DNA of 64,000 nucleotides from Marinilabiliaceae bacterium JC017 (GTDB lineage Bacteria > Bacteroidota > Bacteroidia > Bacteroidales > Marinilabiliaceae): contig RHGE01000010.1 of the NCBI GenBank assembly GCA_004296775.1, positions 39,250-103,249 on the forward strand. The letters are read 5' to 3'. Made by a program: the position numbers and the translations under genes. Each line of letters opens with the position of its first letter. Position 1 is the stretch's first letter. Shown one piece after another: positions 9,471-18,365 of the stretch. Under the pieces are notes generated by a model. That model was given only the letters and a program-made list of their open reading frames with translations, was not told the origin of the DNA and did not search any database.

Positions 9471-10169
9471 TTAGATTGTATTTATTAGGGAATTAGGTTT
9501 AAAAATATAAAAAAAATTACGTGTTCATGGCAGGTAGGACAAATATAAAACAAATTGAAATGTTAAGAGATAACTATTCAGAAATAAAAATAAAAAGTTA
9601 AAGGATTTAAAAAACAAAATATGAGCCGCAATAAAAAAAATGTGAAATAATATAAAAAACAAAGTTATAACGGAAAATTAATTTGCGAAATTATTAACAC
9701 TCATGACGAAGCATCATAATGGAAATGAAATAATGTGAAAGATATAAAAATACACGAAATAAGATAGTAGGAATACTAAAAAGCAGTACAGGAAACCAAG
9801 GTAGGGAGGTGAAAGAATTAGTTGGTAATAAGGTCAAGATAGAAAAATACTGTTAATAGATAAAAGTAGACCGAGAACAATAAACAGTAAACAATAAGGT
9901 AATAGCGTAAGCGAAGGTAAAGAGTGTAAGTAGTCACTGAGAGGAAAAAAGACAGGGTACATTTTTATGAATATTTCCAACAGAAACAAGTTGAAATTGG
10001 GTAGAAATAAATAGAAATAAGGGAGAGCGAAATCTTGAAAGGTAAGATCGAAAACGAGAATGATATGCGCAGAGTCGATAAGGAAAAGAACCAAGATGGA
10101 TAAGAAAAGAACGGGATAGCGAAGCTTATGACTGAACCACAGATAGGTTAGAACAAATATTAGAATGGT

Positions 10170-10526
10170 CTGAACAACCTCGAGATGTGTCTGAACGACC
10201 TTAAGATGGTTATGAACGACGTTGAGATGGCTATGATTGATCTCGAGATGGGTATGATCGATCCAGAGATGGCTATGATCGAACTCGAGATGGGTATGAT
10301 TGACCTCGAGCTGTCAATGAGTCAGGCCGACATGTCAATGATTCATGTTGACCTGACAATGATTCAGTCACACCTGACAATGATTCATGTTGAGATGGGT
10401 ATGATCGATCTTAAGATGCCAATGATTGACTCTAACATGTCAATGATTCAGGTCGACATGTCAATGATTCATGTTGAGATGGCTATGATTGACTTAAAGA
10501 TGCCCATGATCGACCTTGCGCTGGAA
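10170..10526. repeat. Tandem array of 17 x 21 bp, degenerate. On the + strand it translates to a heptad repeat (M-I-D-L-E-M-G)n.
   Basis: Directly visible periodicity: atgattgatctcgagatgggt / atgatcgatccagagatggct / and so on. It is contained in ORF 10185-10562. Confidence 0.85.
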
Positions 10527-10657
10527 ATGAAACAAATCAGAAAGGAATACATGAAAAAATAATGATCTCTGACTTCATCCAGATTAAACAGCAGCCAATA
10601 GCTAACTTAAAAAAGGAAAAAGAACAAGGGAATGAATTTTATATTACCGCAATTGCT

Positions 10658-11683
10658 TTACACCCCCTCATGTGTGCCAAAAACAGTTTCGAGTTTCTCT
10701 TTGTCATTGCCACATGAGATGAGGATGAGGTAGTGTCCTTCCCGGATAATTTGATCATCGGCGGGGTTTTTCACTACCTTATTATCGATGACCAGACCAA
10801 TGAGGATAACATTGAGTTCTTTTTTCATCTGCACAAAGGCATCGAAATAGGGCATGCCCTTATAAGGATTGCCATTAATAACCTTGAATTGCTGAATGTC
10901 CTGGTCCTCCTTGCGAATGCTGGTAGATATCAAATCCTCGGTGTATTCGGCTACATGGGGTTCGAAAAGGTAACTGGCTACCATGCGTGAGGCCACTTCA
11001 TTGCGTGAAACCACATGTTTGGTGCCGGTATTGATAAGGGTTTGCTTGAGGTCGGGGTTGCTGCAGTTGATGATGATGTTGAGGTTGGGGTATTCTTTTT
11101 TAAGATTCAGCACGAAGACCAGCGTCTCGGTATCATCCTTAAAGTTGACGAACACTGCTTTGCTTTTGGTGATGTTCACCTTCTCGTAGGCCTGAATATT
11201 ATTATAATCGGCAAACATGCCGAAGCATCTGTCATGGGGATAGAGGTTTTTTAATAACTCCAGATCATTTTTTGAGTTGGTCACAAATGCCACTTTGTGT
11301 CCGGCGGGAAATATCTGGTCAGCTACCTTGCGACCAAATTCGCTCCAGCCAATAATAACGTAATGGCCTTCGAAATGTGTACCGAAGAAACCTGTTTTTT
11401 TCTTTTCCATATAACTATTAATTCTGCTGGTTACATCTCCAATTACATAGCCGATCAATCCCAGGCTGCCAAGTATGATAAATAATCCGGTTACTTTTCC
11501 CAATGGAGTTACCGGATAAAAATCGCCATAGCCCACGGTAGTGAGGGTGACAATGGCATACCATAATGCATCGTAAACGGATTTAATATTGGCATCGGGA
11601 TGACTTTTTTCAAAGATTGATATAACATAAATGAGAATCAGATAGACTATGAATCCAAGGATTAATCCTGTCTTTTTCTTCAT
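10658..11683 (-). CDS. Potassium channel (two-TM pore) with a C-terminal RCK/TrkA-N domain.
   Basis: Selectivity filter 'TVGYGDFYP'. A Rossmann-like 'IIGWSEFGRKVA' follows the pore. Confidence 0.85.
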   Translation of the reverse strand: MKKKTGLILGFIVYLILIYVISIFEKSHPDANIKSVYDALWYAIVTLTTVGYGDFYPVTPLGKVTGLFIILGSLGLIGYVIGDVTSRINSYMEKKKTGFFGTHFEGHYVIIGWSEFGRKVADQIFPAGHKVAFVTNSKNDLELLKNLYPHDRCFGMFADYNNIQAYEKVNITKSKAVFVNFKDDTETLVFVLNLKKEYPNLNIIINCSNPDLKQTLINTGTKHVVSRNEVASRMVASYLFEPHVAEYTEDLISTSIRKEDQDIQQFKVINGNPYKGMPYFDAFVQMKKELNVILIGLVIDNKVVKNPADDQIIREGHYLILISCGNDKEKLETVFGTHEGV

Positions 11684-11738
11684 GTTGATTTGTTTTATGC
11701 ATCATCCGGGAATGAGCAAGATACTTCAAATTGATGTG

Positions 11739-12113
11739 TTATAAGTGTGATGTTTCCGTGGGTTCGCAACTGTATTCGGTAATTTCCGATACCCATCTGA
11801 TGACATATGACAGATCGGCCGCGTATGTTTTAAATCGTTCAGCTTTTGATCTGTTACAACTGGTCAGTTCCACATAGCACCAGCCACTTTGGGCAAAGGT
11901 ATGCAGGGCCAGGTGCGACTCGGCCAGCAGCCAATAGGCAGTAAAGCCATTTAGCGGGAACTGATGCGTGGAAAAGTCGAGTATCTTAAAACCGGCCTTT
12001 TGTAATAACTCGTTAAAAACCAATTGTAACTGTTTTTCATCAATAAGCTTTATCCAACCTTTAAGGTTGAACACTTGTGGCGGAAGATCTTTTGCTTCTA
12101 TATGCTTGTTCAT
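11739..12113 (-). CDS. speD: S-adenosylmethionine decarboxylase proenzyme (small bacterial type, pyruvoyl-dependent).
   Basis: 124 aa. 'LLAESHLALHTF' matches the ES|H self-cleavage site motif of class 1 AdoMetDC. Confidence 0.8.
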   Translation of the reverse strand: MNKHIEAKDLPPQVFNLKGWIKLIDEKQLQLVFNELLQKAGFKILDFSTHQFPLNGFTAYWLLAESHLALHTFAQSGWCYVELTSCNRSKAERFKTYAADLSYVIRWVSEITEYSCEPTETSHL

Positions 12114-12301
12114 TTTCCTTTTCTGGTAATCTGATTTGCTAATATATGAGTTTTGTAACTGATCATTAAACTATTTGATCATTCCCTCGGGGAGAATTGG
12201 CAAATTGTTTAAGTGGAATTTAAATATACCTGTTGCTATTCATCAGGTCAGATATAAATAAGTCTAAGGTCTATTGTCTAAAATCTAACGATCTAATGAA
12301 T

Positions 12302-13855
12302 TTAGTACAAATCCCAGTTACCTTTTAAATAGTATTTGTACAACACCGGATCGTGAATGCGATTGATTTTCACCGAATCCTTGAAGCCGGGGAAGATATC
12401 TTTCCCAAACGAGGTGATCAGTTGCATGGCCTCATTGTTGATCCATTGCGTTGAAACCTGGTCAAAAGACATGGCTCGCAGCTGCTTCTTTAAGTCAACC
12501 GGTCGATCGGTTTTTAGTCCCAGCGACCAGCCCCATTCTCCCAGCGTGATGACCTGGTTATGCAGGGGAATGGTTTTGAATCCCGCCTCTTGCATGGTTT
12601 TAACGATGCAGCTATAAGCCCGGGTGGCAAAATAGGGACTGCCTGCCTGGGTAACTATGACGCCTTCGGGACGCAGGTGTTTATAACAGGTACGATAGAA
12701 TTCAGCAGAGTAGAGGCGGCCCAGCTCTACCGTTCGCGGATCGGGGAGGTCGATGATTACCACATCGTAAAAGTCCCGGTTGTCGGCGAGATAGTGGTAA
12801 CCATCTTCATTGATGACGGTCAGTTTGGGATCGTGCATGGAGTTTTTATTCATGTTAACCAATACCGGGTGCTGTTGGCCCAGTTTGGTCATGGCCGGAT
12901 CGAGATCTACCAGCTTAATGCTTTCCACAGAGGGGTATTTCAATACTTCGCGAACGGCACAACCATCCCCGCCGCCTAATATGAGGATGTTCTTTGGATG
13001 AGGATGCAGTGTCATGGCCGGGTGCACCAGGGGCTCGTGATACATGACTTCATCCATGGAGGAGAGTTGCTGATTGCCGTTTAGGTAGAGCCAATGTTCA
13101 TCTTTCCATTGTGTTATAACAATGCGTTGGTATTTCGATTGTTCGGCATATACCACCTTGTCCTTATATTTTTGTTGTTCCCCGTACTGAATGATTGGAT
13201 CAGCCAGGTATACTCCGCCAATCAAAACAGCTGAAACTACAACAATGGATAATGTAACTGGTTTTTGAAACGATGGCGTTATCATTTTGCGCAGAAAGTA
13301 GTAAACCCCCACGGCGACTGAAAAGTTAACCACGCCGAGGAGGAAAGGCGTATAGGTTAAGCCCATTATGGGCAAGCCAATGAAGGCAAAAAAGACACCT
13401 CCGAGCAAGCTCCCGTAATAGTCGTTTTCCATTACATTGGAGATGTTTACCCTTAACTCTTCATATTCATTGTTGATACGCATTACCAAAGGAATCTCCA
13501 TGCCTATTAGTGTGCCAATGAGCAAACAGAAGAGATAAATGAGAATACCTATTGAATCGGTATAGGCAGAGGCCGTATAGACAATCAGTGGTGCAAAGGA
13601 GACCAACAGGGAGAGGCCAAACTCCAACATCAGGAATTTTCCGGTAAGGTTAACCTTCAACTGCTTACTGATACGGCTGCCGATCCCCATGGTAAAGAGC
13701 ATGGAGGAGACGATCATGGCCCATTGAAAGATGGAATCGCCCAGAAAATAGGTGGCCAGCGTTGAAAGTAGATATTCGGCCACAATGCCACTGAATCCGG
13801 TGGCAAAGATGGCGGCCTTTAAGATGGCGGAATATTTGTTTTTGATCTTAAACAT
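12302..13855 (-). CDS. speE: Polyamine aminopropyltransferase (spermidine-synthase fold) fused to an N-terminal polytopic membrane domain.
   Basis: 'ILILGGGDGCAVREV...VDLDP' is the spermidine synthase signature. The N-terminal roughly 200 aa contain 6-7 hydrophobic helices. Confidence 0.85.
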   Translation of the reverse strand: MFKIKNKYSAILKAAIFATGFSGIVAEYLLSTLATYFLGDSIFQWAMIVSSMLFTMGIGSRISKQLKVNLTGKFLMLEFGLSLLVSFAPLIVYTASAYTDSIGILIYLFCLLIGTLIGMEIPLVMRINNEYEELRVNISNVMENDYYGSLLGGVFFAFIGLPIMGLTYTPFLLGVVNFSVAVGVYYFLRKMITPSFQKPVTLSIVVVSAVLIGGVYLADPIIQYGEQQKYKDKVVYAEQSKYQRIVITQWKDEHWLYLNGNQQLSSMDEVMYHEPLVHPAMTLHPHPKNILILGGGDGCAVREVLKYPSVESIKLVDLDPAMTKLGQQHPVLVNMNKNSMHDPKLTVINEDGYHYLADNRDFYDVVIIDLPDPRTVELGRLYSAEFYRTCYKHLRPEGVIVTQAGSPYFATRAYSCIVKTMQEAGFKTIPLHNQVITLGEWGWSLGLKTDRPVDLKKQLRAMSFDQVSTQWINNEAMQLITSFGKDIFPGFKDSVKINRIHDPVLYKYYLKGNWDLY

Positions 13856-14087
13856 GAATGCAAACAGATGAATGAATTTTAGATAATAGAGGATTAGACA
13901 TTAGATGATAGACAATAGATTGTTAGATTTTCGTAACGAGGTGCTTCTGTTCTTTTAATTTCTTGTAAATACAGATTATTTGTGGTTTATACATTTATTG
14001 ATTTTGTGATTGTCATCGCGTTAAAATATCCGTATTGAATTTTTGTCTAAGATCTATTGGTCAAAGTCTGATGATCTGCTGTATAAA

Positions 14088-14116
14088 TGAAAACCCCGGT
14101 AAATCCGGGGTTTTTG
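14088..14116 (-). terminator. Bidirectional rho-independent terminator.
   Basis: aaaccccgg taaa ccggggttt with an A-run upstream and a T-run downstream. It sits directly after the stop of the minus-strand gene at 14135-15004. Confidence 0.65.
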
Positions 14117-14134
14117 GAGACGATATTATGTGTG

Positions 14135-15004
14135 CTATAAGCACCAGGTTATCAATACCGATCCACCTATATACGCAAAGGCTTCAATGATGGCTGCTCC
14201 CACATTGGGATGTTCCTGATGAACTATTTCATCGGTCAGCCGTTCGCCGGGCAATAGTATTTTGTCGGTCAAAAAGCGCATTACCGGCAATAAGATGAAA
14301 CCTAAAGCAAGCTCGAAGCCGGCTTCTGTAAAAGTGACGCCCCATCCTTCGAAATCACCCATTAAGGCGTGGCGGATGAGGTTGGCTATGGCGATGAGGG
14401 CACCGGCAAAACCTACCCCAACTGCTACATTGTCTTTTTCGATGTGTTCGTGTATATCATATGGGGTGATGAATTGGTAAACCACGGCGGTTATGAACAA
14501 GGCAACTTGTCCTGCCAGCCAAAATACAACAGCTGAGGTGAGGCCCTGGATTAAATTACCGCTTTCACCGGTTACTGCTCCAAAGATGATCAACCCGGCC
14601 GAGATGGCAATGGCGCCTTCTATCACACCGGTGCCGGAATTGCGGTCGGTAATGATCTCTTTCTTAACCGAGAACTTGCGTAAGATGATTTTGTCATTGA
14701 GCCAGATGGAGATGTTGAGCAGGACAATGGCCAAACCACCATAAATGGCAATGTCCATGATGTCGTAGAGCAATCCGCGTGAAGGTCCGACAATGGCACT
14801 GCCGATGGCCGCCAGCAAGCCGATGAAGTAGCCCACATGTGCAAAGGCAAAGGCCAGGTTATCTTTTTCTACCAGCTCCTCTTTGACATTAAAGTCTCTG
14901 TTGGCAAGCTGATAAACCAATTTGCCCAGGTAGAAAATAATAAACCCAACGGCAATGTATACCACGGCATCGTATAAGATGTTTGAAATATCTGAAAATG
15001 TCAT
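14135..15004 (-). CDS. DUF350-repeat integral membrane protein (YjfL-like).
   Basis: Repeated 'EELVEKDNLAFAFAHVGYFIGLLAAIG' / 'HEHIEKDNVAVGVGFAGALIAIANLI' DUF350-type segments across about 8 TM helices. Confidence 0.7.
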   Translation of the reverse strand: MTFSDISNILYDAVVYIAVGFIIFYLGKLVYQLANRDFNVKEELVEKDNLAFAFAHVGYFIGLLAAIGSAIVGPSRGLLYDIMDIAIYGGLAIVLLNISIWLNDKIILRKFSVKKEIITDRNSGTGVIEGAIAISAGLIIFGAVTGESGNLIQGLTSAVVFWLAGQVALFITAVVYQFITPYDIHEHIEKDNVAVGVGFAGALIAIANLIRHALMGDFEGWGVTFTEAGFELALGFILLPVMRFLTDKILLPGERLTDEIVHQEHPNVGAAIIEAFAYIGGSVLITWCL

Positions 15005-15028
15005 ATTCTCTCTTTTTTCGGGTTAAGA

Positions 15029-15841
15029 TTATTTGCCATATCCGCCGCTCCGGCTACGTGATGATGAACTGCTGTAACGCGATGAACTGCGGCTTGTCCT
15101 TGAGCTTCTGCTGCCGGATGAATATCTTCGTGAGCTGCTTTGGGTAGCTGATCGGGAAACTTTGCTGCGTACACTTTCTTTGAAAGAAGATGGTTTTGAT
15201 CCCCAGGTGCTGGTGCGTCCGGTCTTGGATGATGTATAGCTTTTCGTGCCATATATGTTTCGTCCGGAAGGGCCGTAATAGGGGCGTGAGCCATAATAAC
15301 CACCGCGGTAGTAATCATCATAATAAGAGCGACGCGCTGGATAAGCCATCATGTTGAACATGGATGACATAAAGGCATAACGGCCATAGAACTCCCAGAA
15401 TGAGCCCCCGTTGCGTTCTGTCCAGCGGCCGTATTTGGGATTACCCACATAATGGTTATAGCCGGCCGGACTGGCTTGTTTGGTCAGGGTGCCATCCTTT
15501 TTGGTGGCAATCTCCATGCCCATATTATTGACATTTGCCTGGAAAAACACATCAGATACCTCGGCCCAGTCGGTTTGTTGTGCCTGTACCGTATCCGGCT
15601 TCTCAACTATTACATTGTATTGGTGATAATACTTTCCATCACGTGCATCCATGTCAAACAGAATGATGGAGAAGTTTTTTTCATCAGCCAAGGATCGAAT
15701 TAGATTGTCTACCGGCGATTTTTCCCAGGTACTGAGTGTAGAGGAACTTTCGCTACGGCGGTCTGATCTGTTACTACAGGATTTAATGACAATAAATCCA
15801 ATAATAAAGATGATAATTGCTTTGGCAATTCCGTTGTTCAT
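15029..15841 (-). CDS. Predicted lipoprotein with a Tyr/Gly-rich segment and a C-terminal Arg/Ser-rich low-complexity tail.
   Basis: Signal plus lipobox 'FIVIKSC'. 'YYDDYYRGGYYGSRPYYGP' followed by 'SRSSRTSRSSSRYSSSSSRSRSGGYGK'. Confidence 0.6.
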   Translation of the reverse strand: MNNGIAKAIIIFIIGFIVIKSCSNRSDRRSESSSTLSTWEKSPVDNLIRSLADEKNFSIILFDMDARDGKYYHQYNVIVEKPDTVQAQQTDWAEVSDVFFQANVNNMGMEIATKKDGTLTKQASPAGYNHYVGNPKYGRWTERNGGSFWEFYGRYAFMSSMFNMMAYPARRSYYDDYYRGGYYGSRPYYGPSGRNIYGTKSYTSSKTGRTSTWGSKPSSFKESVRSKVSRSATQSSSRRYSSGSRSSRTSRSSSRYSSSSSRSRSGGYGK

Positions 15842-15996
15842 TGTATTTGATATTTAGGTAATCAATTCGGTTATACAATAGATCGTTATCTCAGGAAGTA
15901 TTTATTACACACTAACCATTTCGATGCTTGTTTCGCTACCAATTATTTGTCAGGTATTCAAAAGGATCAACGAACTATCTTAATCCTGTAAGGTTC

Positions 15997-16542
15997 TTAT
16001 TGGTCCTCGCCCGGCAATATGTTTGAGATCTCAAATTCTTTCACACGTTTACCTATGGACGCCTCAAACTCTTTTTCTTCCCACTGTTCAATACAAAGCA
16101 GATGGTTCCCATTTGCGTCTTCAAAATCCCATGAACGAAATTCTTCCCAGTCATCACCTTTGGAAATGTTATGGAAGTAACCAGGTGCTTCTTTCTCAAG
16201 GAAATAGGTGATGCCGTCATGGGTAATTTTTTTGGGCGGTTCCTGGCGATCGATAAGAATTTCGAGCAGATCCTCCTGTATGGCTCTTACTTTAATCTTC
16301 TTCATGAAGGAGATTTCCAGTTCATCGTCCTCTTCAATTCCCAGGAAACGGATCTCTGTTCCGTTGTTAATTTGAAATTCCCGGGTGAAATAATTGTCGC
16401 CCCAGTCATATTCCATCATGGCTTCAACTACCCAGGTTGAAAGGTCGTAATCAAAAACAAAACCAACATCCAGGTCATGAACACGGATGTTGGTAATGTC
16501 GTAATGCGGTTCCTTCTTTTTAAAAAAGTCGAAAAGTCCCAT
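15997..16542 (-). CDS. Hypothetical cytoplasmic protein, possibly DUF4178 family.
   Basis: A 181-aa acidic protein with no TM helices. It lies between the lipoprotein and PspA in the same orientation, separated from PspA by 13 bp. Confidence 0.5.
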   Translation of the reverse strand: MGLFDFFKKKEPHYDITNIRVHDLDVGFVFDYDLSTWVVEAMMEYDWGDNYFTREFQINNGTEIRFLGIEEDDELEISFMKKIKVRAIQEDLLEILIDRQEPPKKITHDGITYFLEKEAPGYFHNISKGDDWEEFRSWDFEDANGNHLLCIEQWEEKEFEASIGKRVKEFEISNILPGEDQ

Positions 16543-16554
16543 TTAAATTATCCT

Positions 16555-17262
16555 TTATTCGCTTTTGTTTTTCAGTTTGGCTTTGAGCTCCTCCAATGAA
16601 TTGGATGCCTTTACATTCTTATCGGATAAAACATCATCAATCTCGTCGTCGATGCTGCGATTTTCCATACTTATTTCACCATAGGCTTCGGAAAGAGCTT
16701 CTTGTTGAGCGACCTTTTCTTTCATCTTTTCAAGCATGGAAACGGTACCCGAACTATCAATGCCACTGAGTTGTTTGTTGATTTTTTGTGTGGCACTGCT
16801 TACACGTGCCCTGGCTTTAAGGGTACGTAATTCATTTTCATAACTGGTGATGGTGCTTTTCAGCTTCTTCACATTTTTATCCAACGATGCAATGTTGTTG
16901 TCGAAACGTGTCACCTCTTCCTGTGCTCTGGCAGCTGATTCCAGTGCTTCTTCCTTACGGCTTAAGGCCTCGGTGGCCAGACGCTCGGCTTCAGCTACAT
17001 CCAGCTCGCCTTTTTCTGCTTTTTGAAGCAGCAGAATGGCTTTCTGCTCATAGTTTTTCGCTTTGGCTTTATTCTCGTTTAAATCTTTTTTGCTGCGAAT
17101 GGCCAATGCTTTCACTTCGGCTAATGCCTGCAAGCTTTTATCCAAATCCTGTTTAAGATCGCGAATACCTTGCTCGGTCATTTTTATTGGATCTTCCAAT
17201 TTGTCAACAATGGCATGCGCTTCTGCTTTTCCTACACGGAATAATCTATTGAAAATACCCAT
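16555..17262 (-). CDS. pspA: PspA/IM30 (Vipp1) family protein.
   Basis: 'MGIFNRLFRVGKAEAHAIVDKLEDPIKMTEQGIRDLKQDL' is the canonical PspA N-terminus. The protein is coiled-coil throughout. Confidence 0.9.
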   Translation of the reverse strand: MGIFNRLFRVGKAEAHAIVDKLEDPIKMTEQGIRDLKQDLDKSLQALAEVKALAIRSKKDLNENKAKAKNYEQKAILLLQKAEKGELDVAEAERLATEALSRKEEALESAARAQEEVTRFDNNIASLDKNVKKLKSTITSYENELRTLKARARVSSATQKINKQLSGIDSSGTVSMLEKMKEKVAQQEALSEAYGEISMENRSIDDEIDDVLSDKNVKASNSLEELKAKLKNKSE

Positions 17263-17274
17263 TTATCTGTTTCT

Positions 17275-17670
17275 TTAAGCTTTTGAAAATTCAATTAATT
17301 CTTCGGTATGCTCTGACAATAAAAGTTTGAGCGAATTCAAACTGCCTTCCAGTTCATTCAAATCCAGGTTCTCAAGCTGAAGGGTGTCCCGGTAGATTAC
17401 TTTTTTACCCGTTTCATCCAAAACAAATGCACCGTGTACGATCTCCCGGTTTTTCATTAATAATGATTTGAAGATCGCTTCTGAGCCGGCTTTCATTTCG
17501 AATAACAAGCATTCGATGATAAGGATAGGATCTTCACAGTCAATAATCAGGTTGGTTAGGCCATCCTCTGCCTTTTCTACAATAAATAACTCTTCACCTG
17601 CCTCTTCTGATACAATTTCGTATTCCAGGTCAAGTAGGTAATCTTTAACCTTATTGAAATATTCACTCAT
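17275..17670 (-). CDS. YbjN-like small acidic protein.
   Basis: 131 aa, located 13 bp upstream of pspA in the same orientation. Composition and length are YbjN-domain-like. Confidence 0.5.
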   Translation of the reverse strand: MSEYFNKVKDYLLDLEYEIVSEEAGEELFIVEKAEDGLTNLIIDCEDPILIIECLLFEMKAGSEAIFKSLLMKNREIVHGAFVLDETGKKVIYRDTLQLENLDLNELEGSLNSLKLLLSEHTEELIEFSKA

Positions 17671-17957
17671 GTTTAAATGATTTTATTGGTTATGGAATAA
17701 GTCAAATATAGGAATAGATTGGGATGTGAAAAAAATATCAGGCATGTATTTAAACACCTGATGGCAGATATAAGCCCATTAATAAAAAGAATCGAAGTGG
17801 TTGACAGGTATTCGTTTTTAGTTGGATGTGTTTCTCGTTTTCTGTTGGCAGATGATAATAGCATTCTTCCCGTTCTATCTTTGATGCCTCAACAGGTAAA
17901 ATGGTTATTTGTCTTTATGATTGGAAACACTTTATCTATCAAAAGTTGATGGGTTAA

Positions 17958-18293
17958 TGTAATGTTCGAAGTACTCCTCCATGAAATTTGGAGCGGTCAA
18001 CACATATTATATTTGGCCTTCCATGAAAAGGAAGAGGTATTGTAATGTTTGAAGCACTCATCCATAAAATTTGCAGTGGTCACCACATGTTACATTTGGC
18101 CTTCCGTGAAAATGGAAGAGGTCATGTAATGTTCGAAGCATTCATTCATGACTTTTGGGGCGATCACCACATGTTACATTTGGTCTTCCATGAAAATGGA
18201 AGAGGTCATGTAATGTTTGAAGTACTCGTCCATGACTTTTGGAGCGATCAATACATGTTACATTTTGTCATTTTTAAATGGGATATTAATCTG
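17958..18293. repeat. Tandem repeat of 4 x 84 bp. Each unit contains the palindrome ttccatgaaaatggaa.
   Basis: Units begin 'tgtaatgtt(c/t)gaag...' and end '...ggaagaggtca'. Identity between units is 85-90 percent. In frame (28 aa per unit) it forms the His-rich ORF 18045-18296. Confidence 0.85.
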
Positions 18294-18301
18294 TGAAGGG
18301 T

Positions 18302-18336
18302 AAAAAAAGAGGATTCGTATTCAAATCCTCTTTTTG
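18302..18336 (-). terminator. Bidirectional rho-independent terminator for the gene at 18366-19706.
   Basis: aagaggatt cgtattca aatcctctt, flanked by an A7 run and a T5 run. Confidence 0.65.
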
Positions 18337-18365
18337 TGGTGTGTTCAGATGTGTGATCTATTGCT

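Noticed and set aside
9834-10094. 86-aa minus-strand ORF, Phe/Leu-rich
   Set aside because: It is encoded by the pyrimidine-rich complement of a C-depleted purine-rich stretch, so its hydrophobic composition is a base-composition artefact. No start context is evident.
10170-10526. CRISPR array interpretation of the 21-bp, 42-bp, 43-bp and 84-bp repeat arrays (also 38947-39500, 63398-63745, 17958-18293)
   Set aside because: The units are contiguous or near-contiguous with no unique spacers of 25-40 bp, and repeat identity decays gradually. No cas genes are present in the window.
15001-15321. 106-aa minus-strand ORF overlapping the 3' end of the RS-rich lipoprotein gene in another frame
   Set aside because: It is an alternative-frame reading of the same low-complexity Ser/Arg-coding DNA. 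The lipoprotein frame has a signal peptide and coherent architecture.
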